A stretch of DNA of 64,000 nt from Podarcis pityusensis (GCA_964106645.2 OZ067040.1), one strand, 5' to 3'; positions 40,973 through 55,506 are shown, numbered from the stretch's first letter. Notes: a model not told the origin generated them from the letters alone. Translations and numbers: made by a program.

Positions 40973-41704
40973 GGTAGCTCTAGTTCCCAGCAAGGGAAAG
41001 GCTCTTTTTATACATCTGAGAGTGAGTTTGAAGGCACAGAGAAGAACAGTCCTAGTAAATGCATGATATAGGACAATCAGGTTTTAGGTAGCATGTGGAA
41101 GCCCTTGGGGCATGCCATCTGTCACACACTGAGCATCTTGTAAAGCAACATTAGCAGTGTGAAATAATAGGCTGAGACAACTAGGCAACCACCAGCAGGA
41201 AAAAGTCACTTAAGTCAGTTCCAGGTGGTTTTATTTTCCTGCTGGTCAGTGAGGTTAAACACAGGGACAACACAGATCTGACTTCCCCTCTTTACACTCT
41301 AAACATCCACAGCTGGCAAATAGGTGCTATGTGCTAGACAGCGAAGTTGTATCCTCTTCTTCTGCATTTCCTTTTGGAGGCATTGCCTGGGGGCATGTTG
41401 TGGATCTTTGGCAGATCTTCCATTTCAGTGCTTGAGCATGCAAGACATAACGTTCACAGCACATTTGAAAGCTTCTGAAATGTCACTTTCAGAGTGCAGC
41501 TCTTAAAAACAAAGATCTGGTCTACCAGCTACCCAAACATATCTCTGTGTGAATGTATATAGTTAATACAAATCATGTAAAACACACACATATGCAACAT
41601 AATATATATTTCAAAACTTGGCATTGGCTTAACCATTGTGGGGGGAGAGTATTTCCTGAAATCCTATCAAACAGCTTCCTTGGTAAAGCAGGCTTCTGAA
41701 GGCA

Positions 41705-42306
41705 CCGTATTTTTTGCTCTATAAGACGCACTTTCCCCCTCCTAAAAAGTAAGGGGAAATGTATGTGCGTCTTATGGAGCGAATGCAGGCACGAGGCTCT
41801 GCTCAGTGCTCCCTTTAAAGAGCCGTGTAGAGCGTGTGTGTGTGGCTCCTGGGGGCTTTTCCCCAAGGAGGGAGAAGGGCTGCCCTTCTCCCTCCTTGGG
41901 TAAAGCTCCCAAGAGCCGCACACACACTTCGTGCGCTCTTTAAAGGGAGTGGCGGCTCTTGGGGGAGCCTTCGGCCTTAGCCGTGTGCAGCCTCTTCCAG
42001 GCAGGCGGAACCTTCATCCCCCTGACCAGGAGAAGCTGCACGCAGCTATCCCATAAGACAGGACAGCAAGCGGGATCGCTGCGCAGCAATCCTGCTTGCT
42101 GTCCTGGCTCCTGCCTTCATCTGGCTGCCTGGGAGAGACTGTGCGTGGCTATCCCATAAGCCAGGACAGTAAGAGGCTATCCCAGAAGCCAGATCCCTCT
42201 TGCTGTTCTGGCTTCTGGGATTCAGAATATTTTTTTTCTTGTTTTCCTCCTCCAAAAACTAGGTGCGTCCTATGGTCTGGTGCACCTTATAGAGCGAAAA
42301 ATACGG
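41705..42306. mobile_element. pogo/Tigger-like MITE with internal palindrome
   Basis: TIRs CCGTATTTTTTGCTCTATAAG / CTTATAGAGCGAAAAATACGG; flanks CA and TA; hairpin at 41809-41949. Confidence 0.9.
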
Positions 42307-45204
42307 TAAGTGCCCTTTCCTCATAGCTGAAACTCTGGAAAGAAAATGGTGGTCTCAATCGCCTCAGTGGAGGTGACCTTTAAAATATGCTGGCCTAAAA
42401 TCATACACAGCTTTATAACTTAAATTGAATCACTCCTGAAAACAAACAAGAAGCTGCCTTATACCAAGTCAGATCATTAGACCATTTAGGTTACACTGTC
42501 AGCAGTTCTTTGGGCAGAATCTGTCAGCCCCCTGTTGTTTCAGTTGCCTCCAACACCAGTTGGGTTACAGAATAATACTTTGCATTTGCAATAGGTTTGG
42601 CCATTCAAAGTGTATCACATCAATTTTGTTATTAATCCATACAACACTCAGTCCTATATAAGCCACAGTCCCAATAATACTATCTAGCAAATTATTTGGC
42701 AAGGTACAGATTTGTGTGTGTTGGTGGATCAAACCCACACTCTCAGTCACTATGATTCACTGTCACAGCAACAGTGCTGCCTCTGAGTTTGAGATATAGT
42801 CATGCACATAAAAATGCAAACGAGGAAAAACATAACGACATGGTCAGCAAACTCCCATTTCGGAAACAGTAGGGTGAGAAAGTGCATGGAAACACTATGG
42901 GTTATTAACCTTTAACAGTGTTTCAGCAAGACCAGGAAAAAAACGGTGTTCGATAAAACACAATCTAAAAATAAAAGGGAGGGAGAGGAAAGAAATCAGT
43001 AAGAACTTCAGAAACTTACAAGATGTTGAGTAAGTGTACTTTCTTCTCAGTTAAGCCACTGGGAGATAGAATGTGAAGTTCATATATCTAGTCAGATTTT
43101 AAAAATAAAATAAAAATCATTCAACCACATCTTTAGATTCTCATGCTACAGGGAATAGCCTGAGATCAACAGGGAACTAGCCTCCAAGACTGAACTATGC
43201 AGTCTCACGTTGCTTCCCGTTCTGTTTTTGTAATGCTCGCAGATGTCTCTGAATACATCCAGATTACCGCTGATTTATATTCACTCTGTATTTTGTAAAT
43301 GGTCTACTGACAATGAGTGACTCGTCACAGAAGGCTAGGCTGGGTGTTTGCAAATAAGACCTGCATTCCCTGCTCAGACATTAGAACGAGAAGCAAAGGC
43401 TTCAAGAACAAGACAGATCACACTGAAAGTTCCATGACTTGCTGAGGAAATGTGCTGAAAGTTAGAGCAGGAATCAGAAAGCATTACCAGCCAGCTCTAA
43501 ACTAATTCTCAACGCTTCAATGAAAAACAAGAAAACAGGCAGAAAGATATCTCAGTAAATTTGAGGGGATGCTTTCCCTAATATCTTCCTAAGTAAGAGT
43601 TACCTTTCAGCTAAGTGTGGGATTACTTTGGATGAAACTTGTAGGGAAAGGAAATCTGATTGATTGATTAAATGGATGTCTCTCTAATTTATCTCAGTAA
43701 AATGAGAAGATAATAAAGTTGAGCCCTGTCTTTAATTCCATAGGGGTGTTACTTTAATCATTCCTCAGTGATGAATGAAGATGTGGGATAATAGGTTGTC
43801 CTTTAAAAAAAGGAAAAGCACTGTGTGTGTCTTACGGATCCACATATTAGTTTTGGTAATGAAATCACAGGTGGAAAGTTTATTTAACTTTAGGTGGAAT
43901 AGCAATATTTGTTCTATTGATCTGCTAGATTAAATTTCTGAGAGGTGAGTCTGGGGATGTCAGAGAATTCCTATGGAAATGGGGGCAACAGTGGAAATTG
44001 CCAGTGTTCACTTACAGTATTCATTCCATGTCTGAAACGGAAATTAATCCAGAAAATACAATCAGCACCCACTGTTTAGCACACATATTTTGCTAGTTAG
44101 TATATGAAGGGGTTAAGGACCACAGAGCAGGCTTAGTGAGGTCACATCCCCTCTTTCCTGTTCTTTTCACTTTCCCTCTCTTTTTGCTCTGCAAGCCATG
44201 GAGGTGGATGTGCCTCAAGATACCTTTCAGCTTCAGACACATGCCTGAATCCATCTTTCTGTGATTGCTACCCAAGAATATTTCGCCTGCAATAGTTATT
44301 CTGGTGGCACTGAATGATGCACGAATAAGACCTTGGATTATGTAAGTAAAAGTTTTAAACTTACTTAAGTGTTTGGTCTGTTTATTGTAGAAGGGGTGTA
44401 AAGAGGGTCAGTTGCTTCATGCAGCTAAATTAGGATCAAATAAAGTTTATTAGCCCATATTATTGATGCTATACTGCTGCATGATTTTGAGATTAAAACT
44501 CTGCTAAATGCAATCAGACCTGTGTTTTGAATACAGGTGGTAAGCTGATTTCTTTGTTTGCTAACCACTACATGTGGGTCTCTAGGATTAATAATTAGCA
44601 TCCTTTCACATACCTATATTGTTTTCATTCTGCAAATGATATGTAATGGATGATGCTGACCCCCACTTTGAATTGGGTTTTCTTTTAATTTAAATAAATG
44701 ACCTTTGTATTGAAATGAATGGTGTGGAATAATGTAATGATAATATTGAAATTTTACTACAGCAGACAGTGAAATGAATAACATCATTTTTTTACAGAAG
44801 CAAAACTGCAGCAGAATGGAAACAGTACTGCATGCAGTGAATACAGGGTAGAATGGAAATTAATGCATTCTTCCATACTAATGTATGTCCATAAGTTGTG
44901 TAATTCAGTAGGGCCTAACATGAGGTACCAAGCTGAATGTAACCCAATAAGTCATGCCTGAAAAGTCTTCTTTCCCAGTTCCAAGCAGGTTGCAGAAACA
45001 CCTTTATTGGACTGTTCTATTACCAGTGAGGAATGCTGCTGGTCTGCTGCTTATTGTAGTTCCTCCACTATTTAAATCAATGGCAAAACTGACTTTTAGT
45101 AAAAGAAAACTAAAATCCTCTGCTTCCTCAGCCAACATAACAGCCTCACATATCTACCCAGCGGGTATTAGAATTTATCCCACTCTTCCCAATGTCTCTG
45201 CACA

Positions 45205-45325
45205 CTTAGATGGGAATTAGTTCCACTGAAGTCAAAGGGACTTACTTCTGAGTTGACAGGCATAGGATTGCACAGTAAAACTGCTCTCCTATACACTTCT
45301 GGGTAGGCACACATAGGATTGCACT
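45205..45325. repeat. Short palindromic squamate interspersed repeat (possibly Penelope-derived)
   Basis: GGGACTTACTTCTGAGT..CATAGGATTGCA motif. Related decayed copies near 4215-4278, 7095-7165, 30005-30045, 52890-53025, 56845-56895. Confidence 0.5.
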
Positions 45326-45383
45326 GCCAGGGAGAAGTGGGTGGAACAAAGAATGTAGAGCAGCCTACTTTCTACAATAATAG

Positions 45384-45420
<37 letters not shown>
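45384..45420. repeat. (TTA)n microsatellite
   Basis: Read directly. Confidence 0.95.
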
Positions 45421-45421
<1 letters not shown>

Positions 45422-47697
45422 ACACACTCACCCTCTGTTCTCTATCCTCTCGCCAGGTAGTGACACATTCAAACCAGACAAAAACACTCAAGGAGGGTGC
45501 AAAGCAGGGCTGGGCAGAGGTGTGGCCTGGGGAGAGACCATGTGGCTGAGGGCTAGACAGAAAAGCTTGGAGGGCTGCATTGGAACTCTGAGCTGGAAGT
45601 TCCTTACCCCAGCTTTACACCACAACACAAAATAGTTAACTACACTTCATGGAGAAACAACCTGGAATAGGTACCATCAGAAAAGGAACAATTCAAACTA
45701 CATCTGGAAATTATTGGCAATATCAATCTGTGCATGATAATTTTAAAACTTTTTATTATTATTTAAATCATTGTGTAATCAGACAGCTTGGTGAAGTCGT
45801 GTTCTTCCATATCACACTGAAGATTTAGGCTGGATTTTGCTTTTTGTTAATTTGATTCTTAGAGCTTCAACAAATGTAACGACAACAAAAAAATACTAAA
45901 TTGCCAAGGGCTGTGATCATGTCAGATTTTGTAAGCAAAGCAGCACCGGTCCTGCTCAGTATTTTGCTGGAAGCACTTCAAGGAGAAAATGAATCTGCAG
46001 AGTATGTTAATATCTATCCACAAAACTGCTACCACTATTTCTTCTTCTTTGATATACCCCACCCCCCTGATTTCTATATATTTTTACTTTACGGGAAAAG
46101 GACAAGGAAGTATGTAATAAAAAACATGAAGACTGATATTTTATTCACAGCAGCTTTAGAGAAAATACAAGCTATGGTACACATTGCATTTGTGTGCATA
46201 TGTATCATTCTGTATGTTCATTTGTCACGCAGTGTGGAATGCCCTGGTAAATAATACAAAACCTTATATAAACAAGGCTGTGAATGTGTTTTATATAAGA
46301 AACAGAAACCATGTCCCAGAATGCTTCACTCTCTCATCACTCTTGACGTAGCTGTCCAGGGGAGAATAGTGGACTTGCTTTCTACAGTGGTTCCATTCCA
46401 AATATTTCTTTCTCCCTCACCCCCAGTCTCCCACATAGATAAAACTTTAATCATTAAACAAAAACCTGAAGCATATTTTAACTAGGCTTTTGACTGCACA
46501 CTTAAGAGTATGGAGATATTTTTAACATCACCACTACCACCACCACCATTATTATTAAAATTATAAACTGCTCTTCATCCAGAGATCTCAGGGTGATTCA
46601 GAAGATAAAAATACAGGATAGAAACACAAAATAAATAGTTAAAATGAAAACAAAACAAAACAATACAATACCTTCCCCCCCATTTTTTTTAAAGGCCATA
46701 AAATAATAAATTTGGGGTGGGGGGATACAGACTGCTCTAATAATGGAAACAACACTGTGTCAATACCACCCACTCACCCACACACACAAATGTATGCATG
46801 AGGAGCACCCACCCACAGTACCCATCTGGAAACCCTGTCAATCTAAGGAGGAAAATACATTGCTTTCTTATGTGAATAGATTTGTTTCCTGTGCTTTCTC
46901 CCCTCTTGCACATATACATAGACATAGGAAAGCATATTGTGAGATAGAATCTGCAAACAATAGGTGATTCATTCTGCTTTCTCCTGCTCTGCAATATGAT
47001 AGCCAATTAAACTCTTTCTGGTCTCACTGGCTAAACCAGCAGAAGTCAACAATTGGTTTGACAACAGGCCTCCTTAGGTTACACTGCATCTTCTGTTAGC
47101 TTGTTGAGCAAGACGGAAGGCTAACTGGAAAGGATTTGTGAAATGAGACCCGTTAGCTTCAGAATTTCCCCCTTCCCTGCTTGTCACAAACTGCCAATTT
47201 AAGGGAGAAAGGAGGTCTGGCTCCTTAACACCTCGAGATAAAAATCTTTGTCTCAACTTTCACAGTTTATGATATAGATCTCTGCTTGAATATCAAAAGA
47301 ACATCACTAGCTCAGAAAATGACCTCCAAGCTCCTGGCCACTAAGAAGCCAGAATAATAGGTAGTAGGGTCAGCTTGATTGTGAAATAATGTATACTTCA
47401 TCCTTGGTGTAATTCAGTAGCCTTAAACAGGGTCAGCCTGTCGGATTAAGAAATGCTGATCTTGGCTTGTAAAATGTGCATAATTATGTCTTGGATTTAC
47501 ACAATAGATTTCAAATATACTACATTGCACATTAACAGCTTCTGCCAAATGAGCATGAAGTCTCGCTATTTGAGAACTTCCGGCTGCTTTCCTCACATGA
47601 TGAGGACAGTGCTCTTTTCAAAAGTTGGTTTCCCATTCATTTCAACAGAAGGAGCTGGTTTCTCTTTGCAAGTATATATGGCAAGAAGCCATATATT

Positions 47698-47958
47698 GAG
47701 CCAGTGTGGTGTAGTGGTTAAGAGTGGTGGACTTGTAATCTGGGGAACCGGGTTTGATTCCCCGCTCCTCCACATGCAGCTGCTGGGTGACCTTGGGCCA
47801 GTCACACTTCTTTGAAGTCTCTCAGCCCCACTCACCTCACAGAGTGTTTGTTGTGGGGGAGGAAGGGAAAGGAGAATGTTAGCCGCTTTGAGACTCCTTA
47901 AAGGGAGTGAAAGGCAGGATATCAAATCCAAACTCTTCTCTTCTTCTCTTCTTCTTCT
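47698..47958 (+). mobile_element. Squam3-type SINE, full length
   Basis: GAGCCAGTGTGGTGTAGTGGTTAAGAG head, B box GGTTTGATTCC, GCCGCTTTGAGACTCC 3' region, (CTT)n tail. Confidence 0.9.
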
Positions 47959-48030
47959 GCACACATGCTTTGCTTTGCAGTTCCTGCAGCCAATATGAAT
48001 GTCTAGATCAGAATATAATTAAGTGCTTAC

Positions 48031-48358
48031 TTAAACCACAGAGCCTAGGACTTGCTGATCAGAAGGTTGGTGGTTCGAATCCCTGTGACGGGGTGAGCTC
48101 CCATTGCTCAGTCCCTGCTCCTGCCAACCTAGCAGTTCGAAAGCACGTCAAAGTTCAAGTAGATAAGTAGGTACCACTCCGGCGGGAAGGTAAATGGCGT
48201 TTCCGTGTGCTGCTCTGGTTCGCCCGAAGCGGCTTAATCATGCTGGCCACATGACCCGGAAGCTGTATGCCAGCTTCCTCGGCAGATAAAGCAAGATGAG
48301 TGCCGCAACCCCAGTTGGCCACGACTGGACCTAATGGTCAGGGATCCCTTTACCTTTA
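48031..48358 (+). mobile_element. Sauria SINE, 5'-truncated
   Basis: GGTTCGAATCCC..CTAGCAGTTCGAAAGCA..CATGACCCGGAAG..CCCTTTACCTTTA. Confidence 0.93.
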
Positions 48359-49652
48359 TTATTAATAAAAGAAACTACCAGACCCACAAAGCTTAAAGAC
48401 TGGAAACTGAAAGATAAACTAATTCACAGAACATTATGAGGCACAGGTTGGTTGGTTGGTTTAAAAATAATAATAGCCTAGATTAAAACAAAGGTTGATT
48501 GAGATCTGCAGGAAGGCCTGCCAATCTCCGTGATCTTCAGGAATCAGAAACACATGAGCATACCTGAGATGGTACATCCCTTAAATTATTTCAAACATGC
48601 CTTCGTGAATTTTTGAATTAGATCCCTGCTTTCATTTCCTTAGAGTTCACTGTTTAATTTTCAAAAAGCATTTTAACCTGAAAAGCATTCTAGAGGATTG
48701 ATTATATGTCAGATGTATATCCAGCTTTAATGTATTGCATATATGGCTTGAACAACGAATATTATGCAAATGCATTTTTTCTTCTTTTAACCATCAAAGT
48801 TATAAGTTAAGTACAGCCTTACATTTGGGACGTGTTATTTATGCTGTCATTTCCATTGTTATTATTTATTATATGCAGCAACAGTGTACACGGCACTTTG
48901 CAAAGTAACTTGTGTCATTGCTTGGCGCTGCTGTCCTCCCTTGCAGTCAAGGGCATACACAACTTCGGCTGATAGGTGCTAATGTCTTGGGATGGAGGCT
49001 GGATCTCAAGGCTCTTGCAAAGGGGTGAGCAGGTTGGCCTCAGAATTATAGCCCAGCTCTATATGCTGGTTTGACAGCAAAGCAGCTTAAAGATCAGGCC
49101 AGAGGGTTATCAGGCTGGACCTATCAATTTAGTTTCAAATATATCACTGTATATATTTGGTACAAATATGGCAAAAATTTCTAATGCACAGCCCATGGGA
49201 GTCAATGAATGCTGTAGGCCCACTCAGCAAACTGAATATGTGTAGGGAACATTTTTCCTTTTACTTTTTTAATTGCTCATTGCTGGAGGCACCAGAATTT
49301 AGTAGGTTGCCTGGGTTCTGGGATTGCACCCACTCAGACTGGCTTTGTGTCATTCTACATTACCACACAATTACATAGTCACACAATTGCTGGTTTGAAA
49401 CTACAAGCTGCGAATGCAGGATGTTTGCTATAAAATCAAACAGTTAAATCCGTATGGAAAAGTCTCATTGTCAGATTTATGATTTCTGAACACTATCGCT
49501 ATTCAAACCTCAAACAATCTCACCAAGTGAATCATATTAAACCTTTGCATTATTTAAATGTATTTCAAGAAATGTAACATCTTGCTTAGAATCTGGCATA
49601 ATTAAGATTAAATGGAAGGGGAATAACATAATGCAACATTCAATATAATACC

Positions 49653-49805
49653 CAGTGCTTTTTTTCCGGGGGGGGGGAGGCAGGGGTACGCATACACCTA
49701 AACATTTTGGGAATCTAAGTTTGGCCTCATTGAGAAGCAGTATTTCAATATGAGTAGAAAAATGAGAGTACCCCTAAGCATATTTTTTTAGAAAAAAAAG
49801 TACTG
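49653..49805. mobile_element. Small hAT MITE
   Basis: TIRs CAGTGCTTTTTTT / AAAAAAAGTACTG; perfect 8-bp TSD ATAATACC. Confidence 0.92.
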
Positions 49806-50284
49806 ATAATACCTATATGTAAAAGACAGGCAGTTGGATGGGAACTTCTTATTCTGTGTGGGTGATAAACAATCTTAGCCATACCCAGAGGAGACTCACT
49901 GAAATCTTCACTTGTTGGCATAATGCCAATAACCTTTGCACATGACACACCCCAGGGGAGAGGTCATTGCATAAACCTCAGAATATGTATCAGTGCACAT
50001 AAGAACACTGCAAACAGCCTATAATGCTTAAAATCCAAGATTAAGGTAGGAGAATAGAAAGGTGAGGAAGGGTCTGCCTCACTTGCCACTGAAAAGTTCC
50101 CTGACTTTAAGAACCTTTTGGGACCGCAGTGTAACACTGGGCATTTAGTATTAGCTGCCCCATTTCTTCCTGTGTTTATTTGTAACCTGCCCTCTACAAA
50201 TATCTCTTGCAAAGCACACTAACATTCGGGAGGCTAATGGGAACTACTCTTAGAGGATGTGTGTGTGGAACCCTTTGTCATGGA

Positions 50285-50509
50285 CACTGGCGGAGGAAGA
50301 GGAGTGCGGGGGGAGTGCACCGCCCCTGGCAGCGCGATCCCAGTGGGGTGCCATTGCGGCTGCCCCCCTGCCCGCGCTGGCAGCGTGCACCGCCCCCAGG
50401 ATGCGCATCACGCCCCTGCGGAAGGCGCGCCACACCCCCGAGATGCTCACCAGCCCTGCCCCCGCCTGCTCTCCACCCCCCGGTGCTGGAGCATGAAGCT
50501 CTGCCACTG
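50285..50509. mobile_element. GC-rich hAT MITE
   Basis: TIRs CACTGGCGGAG / CTCTGCCACTG; perfect 8-bp TSD GTCATGGA. Confidence 0.9.
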
Positions 50510-51699
50510 GTCATGGATGGCTCTGAATCCAGCCTAGGGAGTGCACAGTGAAGGCTCATTCCATTCATGCACTGTCTGCAGCATTGGGGCATGTGGAGGA
50601 AGACTTGAGCATGCTTAGGCTGTGTACACATTACAATATGAAAACACAGCTAGGTTGTTGTCCTCAGTTTGAATCAAAGCTGGATTACGGACAAACGTAT
50701 CAAAATGCATTATTTCATAAGAAACAACAGAATAGATGCAGACAGATATGGATTGTGGCTAACATAATGTGCACAGCTCTAACGCTTCTCAAATTAACAG
50801 GAGGAGCACACTGGATGCAGTGTAAATGAGAGAGTGTACACTTACTTGGGAGTAACCTCTGCTGAAAAAACACAGGACTTCCATATAATGACATTGTGGA
50901 ATCTCAACAATTGTTACAGCATTTCTTTATCAGGGTAGCAGATTCACACATTCTTGCCTTTACAATATTGACCTAAACAGCTGTTCTGTGTTTGGGAACA
51001 GTCTACCAACATTCAATTTTAAACCTGTCTTCTGTTTCGAAACTCTCTTGTTTTTAGCTGGTTTTTTTATCTTTTGTACATTGGCTTGGGACTTGCACGG
51101 AAGGTGATTAATTAAGAAGAAAAACATTGTATGTTTCCGTGTTTAGCATCCGTATCTCATTTCAGATAATCTGCTGATGGAAGGCACTTTGAACCAGTAG
51201 AGGTTTTCATTAGCTGGTGGGGGAAGGAATCCAGTTTTTGCCAGCTCCCTCTGCACTGCGGTCCCCCTTGTCACTTCTCACATTGAATGGTCCCCCAAGA
51301 CTCTGGAACCACTTTGGTTGTATACAGGGGACACCACTGGATACAGCCCTCTCATATTCTACATGATTCTGTCAAATGCAGAACTATTGTGCTAAAAAAA
51401 TTAAAGAACTTTAGGGGTGGCTACAGAAGGGTGAAAAAAAAAGTTTGTTCCATGTAAACATTTATATCATTTATAAAGCCAGCTTTTGATATATTATTTA
51501 TTTTTGTTTTCATTATGGCTTTATGTTCTTTTGGTGCTTGGCAGAGAAGCATATTTTAAATATAATGGCAAACATATGCTAATCAACATACAGAATGGAA
51601 CACAGCCCATGCTGAAAGTACAGTGTGCATACCAGGTTAGGAGACTGTGTATAATTAATTCAACTTCTCCCCCCTCCCCCAAATCCTGCTAAAAGTTTT

Positions 51700-52860
51700 A
51701 TTTCATTCTTTTGGTGCGGCAGTAATAGTAGCTACATGATGCAGTACATGATTTATTTATGGGCTGCTAATGAAGACATAGCTAATCATCATAATTAATT
51801 GGTATTTTTTGCTTTGGGGCTTAATTGCCGATTTTTTTTTTTTTACATGCTGGCTTTGGCTCGGTCTAGCTGTGGGGCACAAATTACACAGGGAAACTTT
51901 GTGCCTCTCCCTTTGAGCTTGCTCTTCTGCCTGAGCTGAACCTGCTTGTATGCTTATTGCAGCTTAACCCACAAATTGCCGCCTTAACGTGGAAGTGTCT
52001 GGATTCAACTGAGTGAGCACGGTCAGGAAGTGAAAAGATTTGTGAGTCATTAGTGTGGCTTTGAGTGTGAAAGGCATGCAGCCAGTAAGATAACCCAGGG
52101 CTGGCATGAAAGAGAAGAGGAACCAGGACAGAAAGAAGCGTGGGACTCTTGTAAAGGATGGGGGAGGAGGAGAAAGACCAACCATAAGCAAAGCCAGAGA
52201 AAGGTTTTAACGAGCACATCTGATGCTCTCCTATTATTGCCCATTATATTATCTCATTTTCCACATGCTTTTCCTTCTGTCTGTTCCGCCGTACCTTGCC
52301 TTTCCTTTATGGTATTTATTGTGATATAGAATAATGCACTGACTTCCCGGGTACTGAAATAAGGCAGTGTTTAAATCATATTTCTACACTATCAATGAAC
52401 TGTGAGCTTTCTCATTAGGTCTGCCAATGTACTAAAGATTTTGTTGGTGGTGTTGATGAACCACCTACCTTTTTAGCCAATTAATTCAGTAATTAGCCAA
52501 TCAAATTTGAATATATTTGCACATTATGAGAAGCTCAATACAGGCACATTTTGCAGTTATTGGTGATGGTCGGGCATAATTTACTACAATAAATAAGTTG
52601 CCTTTTGGTGCGTCTTTCTGCCCCTTTTATTAGGTCCCATTTCATTACCTCTTGTGGTTAACGCATCAGAGGCTAAATGGCTTCAAAATAAGTATACCCT
52701 TCAGTCTTAAGCCACACCAATTAAAATTGTCACCATTGATTAAAATTCACTCCCACTGATTAATAAATTTAACCACTGCTTGATTAATCAATTAAATTTA
52801 TTGTTTAATCCATTAAAGCCTTTTCAGCTGTATTTGTTATAAATAGTCACCTGCCACCGC
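51700..52860. promoter_or_regulatory. Candidate conserved non-coding enhancer block
   Basis: No recognisable repeats, dense TAAT/TAATTA sites, TGATTTAT (PBX-HOX-like), TGAGTCA (AP-1), CAGGAAGT (ETS). Inferred from composition only. Confidence 0.45.
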
Positions 52861-53043
52861 AGAGTGGGGACTTGGTAAGAAAATGCAATGAGCACAATCC
52901 AGTCAACATTAAGCACTTTCTGGTCCCATTGATTTTAGTGGGAGAGTTGTAGGGCAATCCTGTACACAACAAGGATGCCCTACTGAGTTCAATTTAACTT
53001 GCTGCTAAGTACATGTGTGCTGGATTTTAGCCTTAGACACATA

Positions 53044-53294
53044 CAGTGGTACCTTGGTACTCGAACAGCTTGGCTCCCAAACAAATCGGCTCCCGAATGC
53101 CGCAAACCCGGAAGTAAGTGTTCTGGTTTGCAAAGGTTTGTCAGAAGCCGAACGTCCGACACAGTTTACACGGCTTCCAGGTGAGAGCAGGAAGCTCCTG
53201 CAACCAATTGGAAACTGTGCCTTGGTTTTCAAACAGGTTTGGGAGTCGAACAGACTCTCAGAATGGATTAAGTTCGAGAACCAAGGTACCACTG
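53044..53294. mobile_element. Tc1/mariner MITE, family C
   Basis: CAGTGGTACCTTGGTACTCGAAC / GTTCGAGAACCAAGGTACCACTG, TA TSD. Confidence 0.93.
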
Positions 53295-55506
53295 TACTTA
53301 CTTCTTTCCAATGAAAACCAATGGAACTTAAGAATATTTTCCTTTGACTTAACACTATGAATTATGGGTACTGATATTTGTTGAGAACTTTCTAGAAGTG
53401 TCTCAAAACATTTTTTGGGGGGGAGTTTAATAATACTTCATATGGATCCCCAAATCCTGTAACACCAAGGCCATCCTTACAGGTGCTGGAATGTATGTGA
53501 TCCAGCAGCAGCAGCTCCCAAGTGTTCCACCTGAGTCCTACAGTCATTCTACTCCCTAGTGACCTCTGTTCTACACCAGCATTGCCCATTTCAGAGGAGA
53601 GATGACGTTGGTATGAAAAGTGCTGCATGAGATACAGATCTCCACATTAAGGAAGTGGAGGAAAGATAATTCCAGAAGGAGGCCATTTCAGTTGGCATTT
53701 GATAATTAAGTTGACATGTGGAGTGACCTAAATAGAACATTCTAAATGATAAAAAAAAATCCTATTATTTCCCAGCAATGTTCACTCAACCTGGAGTGGA
53801 CATTACTCAGTTTAGCAATTGTTTACATATATAATTTTTGTGAGTAAATTTAAATTGCCCCAACTTTATATTGGGCACCTGGAAAACTGGAATAAACTAG
53901 TAGAACTTGATGTCATCGTTTCCACTGAAAGTACCACATGTACAATGGCTGCTTATTGTAGACTCAGTTAAATGGCCAGTGCTTCCCACCTTTAATTATC
54001 TTTGCCATAACTTGAAAATGAGGATTTGTGTTTGCTTTGATCACCATTCTCAAATTCCTGTATAGTACTGCTTCTGAGTTTCACGCTCTTGAATAGGTGA
54101 GAGCTGTGAATATCCCTGGGCAGTAAATGATATTTTCTCAAGGATTTGTGATTGGCATGAATTGTCTAACAGCAGACACTTAGAAACAATCTCTTTTGTT
54201 GTCACTTTTAAGAGCTCATGAATACTTTAAGGCACACGCCATGTTATGTGAGGAATCTGGCTCTTCCGCTTGCTGAACTGAAGACCCCTTGGAGCCAAAA
54301 GGAGTGACTTCATCAAACGAAGGAAAGTAGAAACTCCATTAGCTGTAGCAGCAAGGCTTATAAATTATTTCTGAGCCTCCCGATGAAGGACAGGCCATAA
54401 AATACTTCGAGCAAAGTGCTTGATTCCAAACGAGCACATACAAAGATGTGCCAGTGCGATGCATACTGTTTCAGCAGATGTGCATTTAGCTGCACCATTA
54501 TCTTCAAAGCGCATGTTTGTGGGGTGGTGGTGGGTTATGCTGAAGAGCTATGTAGGTGACAACTTGATTGAGAAATGCCAGCTGTGTGGCTTGGACAGGA
54601 ACTCTTTATATACAAAAGAAGCTACTTAGACTGTTTGGCTTATTTTGTTGCACTGAAAGGAAAAACTCCTTGAGCTGCCAAAATTATCTGATGAAAATAC
54701 TTGGTAGGGGAAATTCATGCGGGAAAATCTTCTTTTTCCTACAAAAGCATTTTTTTATATATAAAAGTGCTAAGGCTACACAGCTGGAGTGAGATTTTTG
54801 TCAAAAAATAGTCTGCACTTTCTTCTCGGAGTCTGCATACTGGCAGATATTGCTGATCGTCAGGTATTACTCTCCCTAACTAGAAGTTTAATTTTGTCAC
54901 TATAGTTTTAACTTGGTTTCATGGCTGACATACCAGTTATTCTTGCTGTCATGATTTCAAATAAGGAAAGCAAGTACCAGTGGGAAAGGTATAATATTCC
55001 CCCCCCCCCCGTCATAATTCTGCTTGTTGGGTCAGCTATCGGCTAGAGCAACAACTTTTTTTTTTAATGAGGCTTGTTCATGTGGCTTTAAGAATGGACA
55101 GAAACCCCAAAATGAAGCAGGTGAAGTTTTCACCACCATACCAGGAAACCTATGTCCGTGATGACAGGGGTGCACGGCTGGGGCCCGACCATCACCTGCT
55201 AAAAGTTTGCCTAGCAGGATGTTGTTAAAACCACAGTAGAAAAGGCCAGGAAGCAAAGGTACAGCAGGGGAAGTTTTTTTAAAAAAAGATTTTAATGCTT
55301 TATCTAAGTTTTAATTTTTTTAAAAAATATATCCTATTTTGCTCTCTTCTAACAAGAACAACCAGCTCAGAGCTCTTCAGAACTCCTTGGACAGCATTCT
55401 AGACATCCACAGATTGCAGCTTGACAACTGAGTGCTAGGCCAAAGTTTCAAACAACATACAAGCAAGAACATACACCACTTAGCCACTTCTTAATTATTT
55501 TGATGT

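Noticed and set aside
43209-43310. Minus-strand candidate exon ending at a GTGAG donor
   Set aside because: No good polypyrimidine acceptor and no recognisable peptide.
50207-50631. GC/CpG-rich patch with several overlapping ORFs, resembling a CpG-island exon
   Set aside because: Explained by a hAT MITE with TIRs and a perfect 8-bp TSD.
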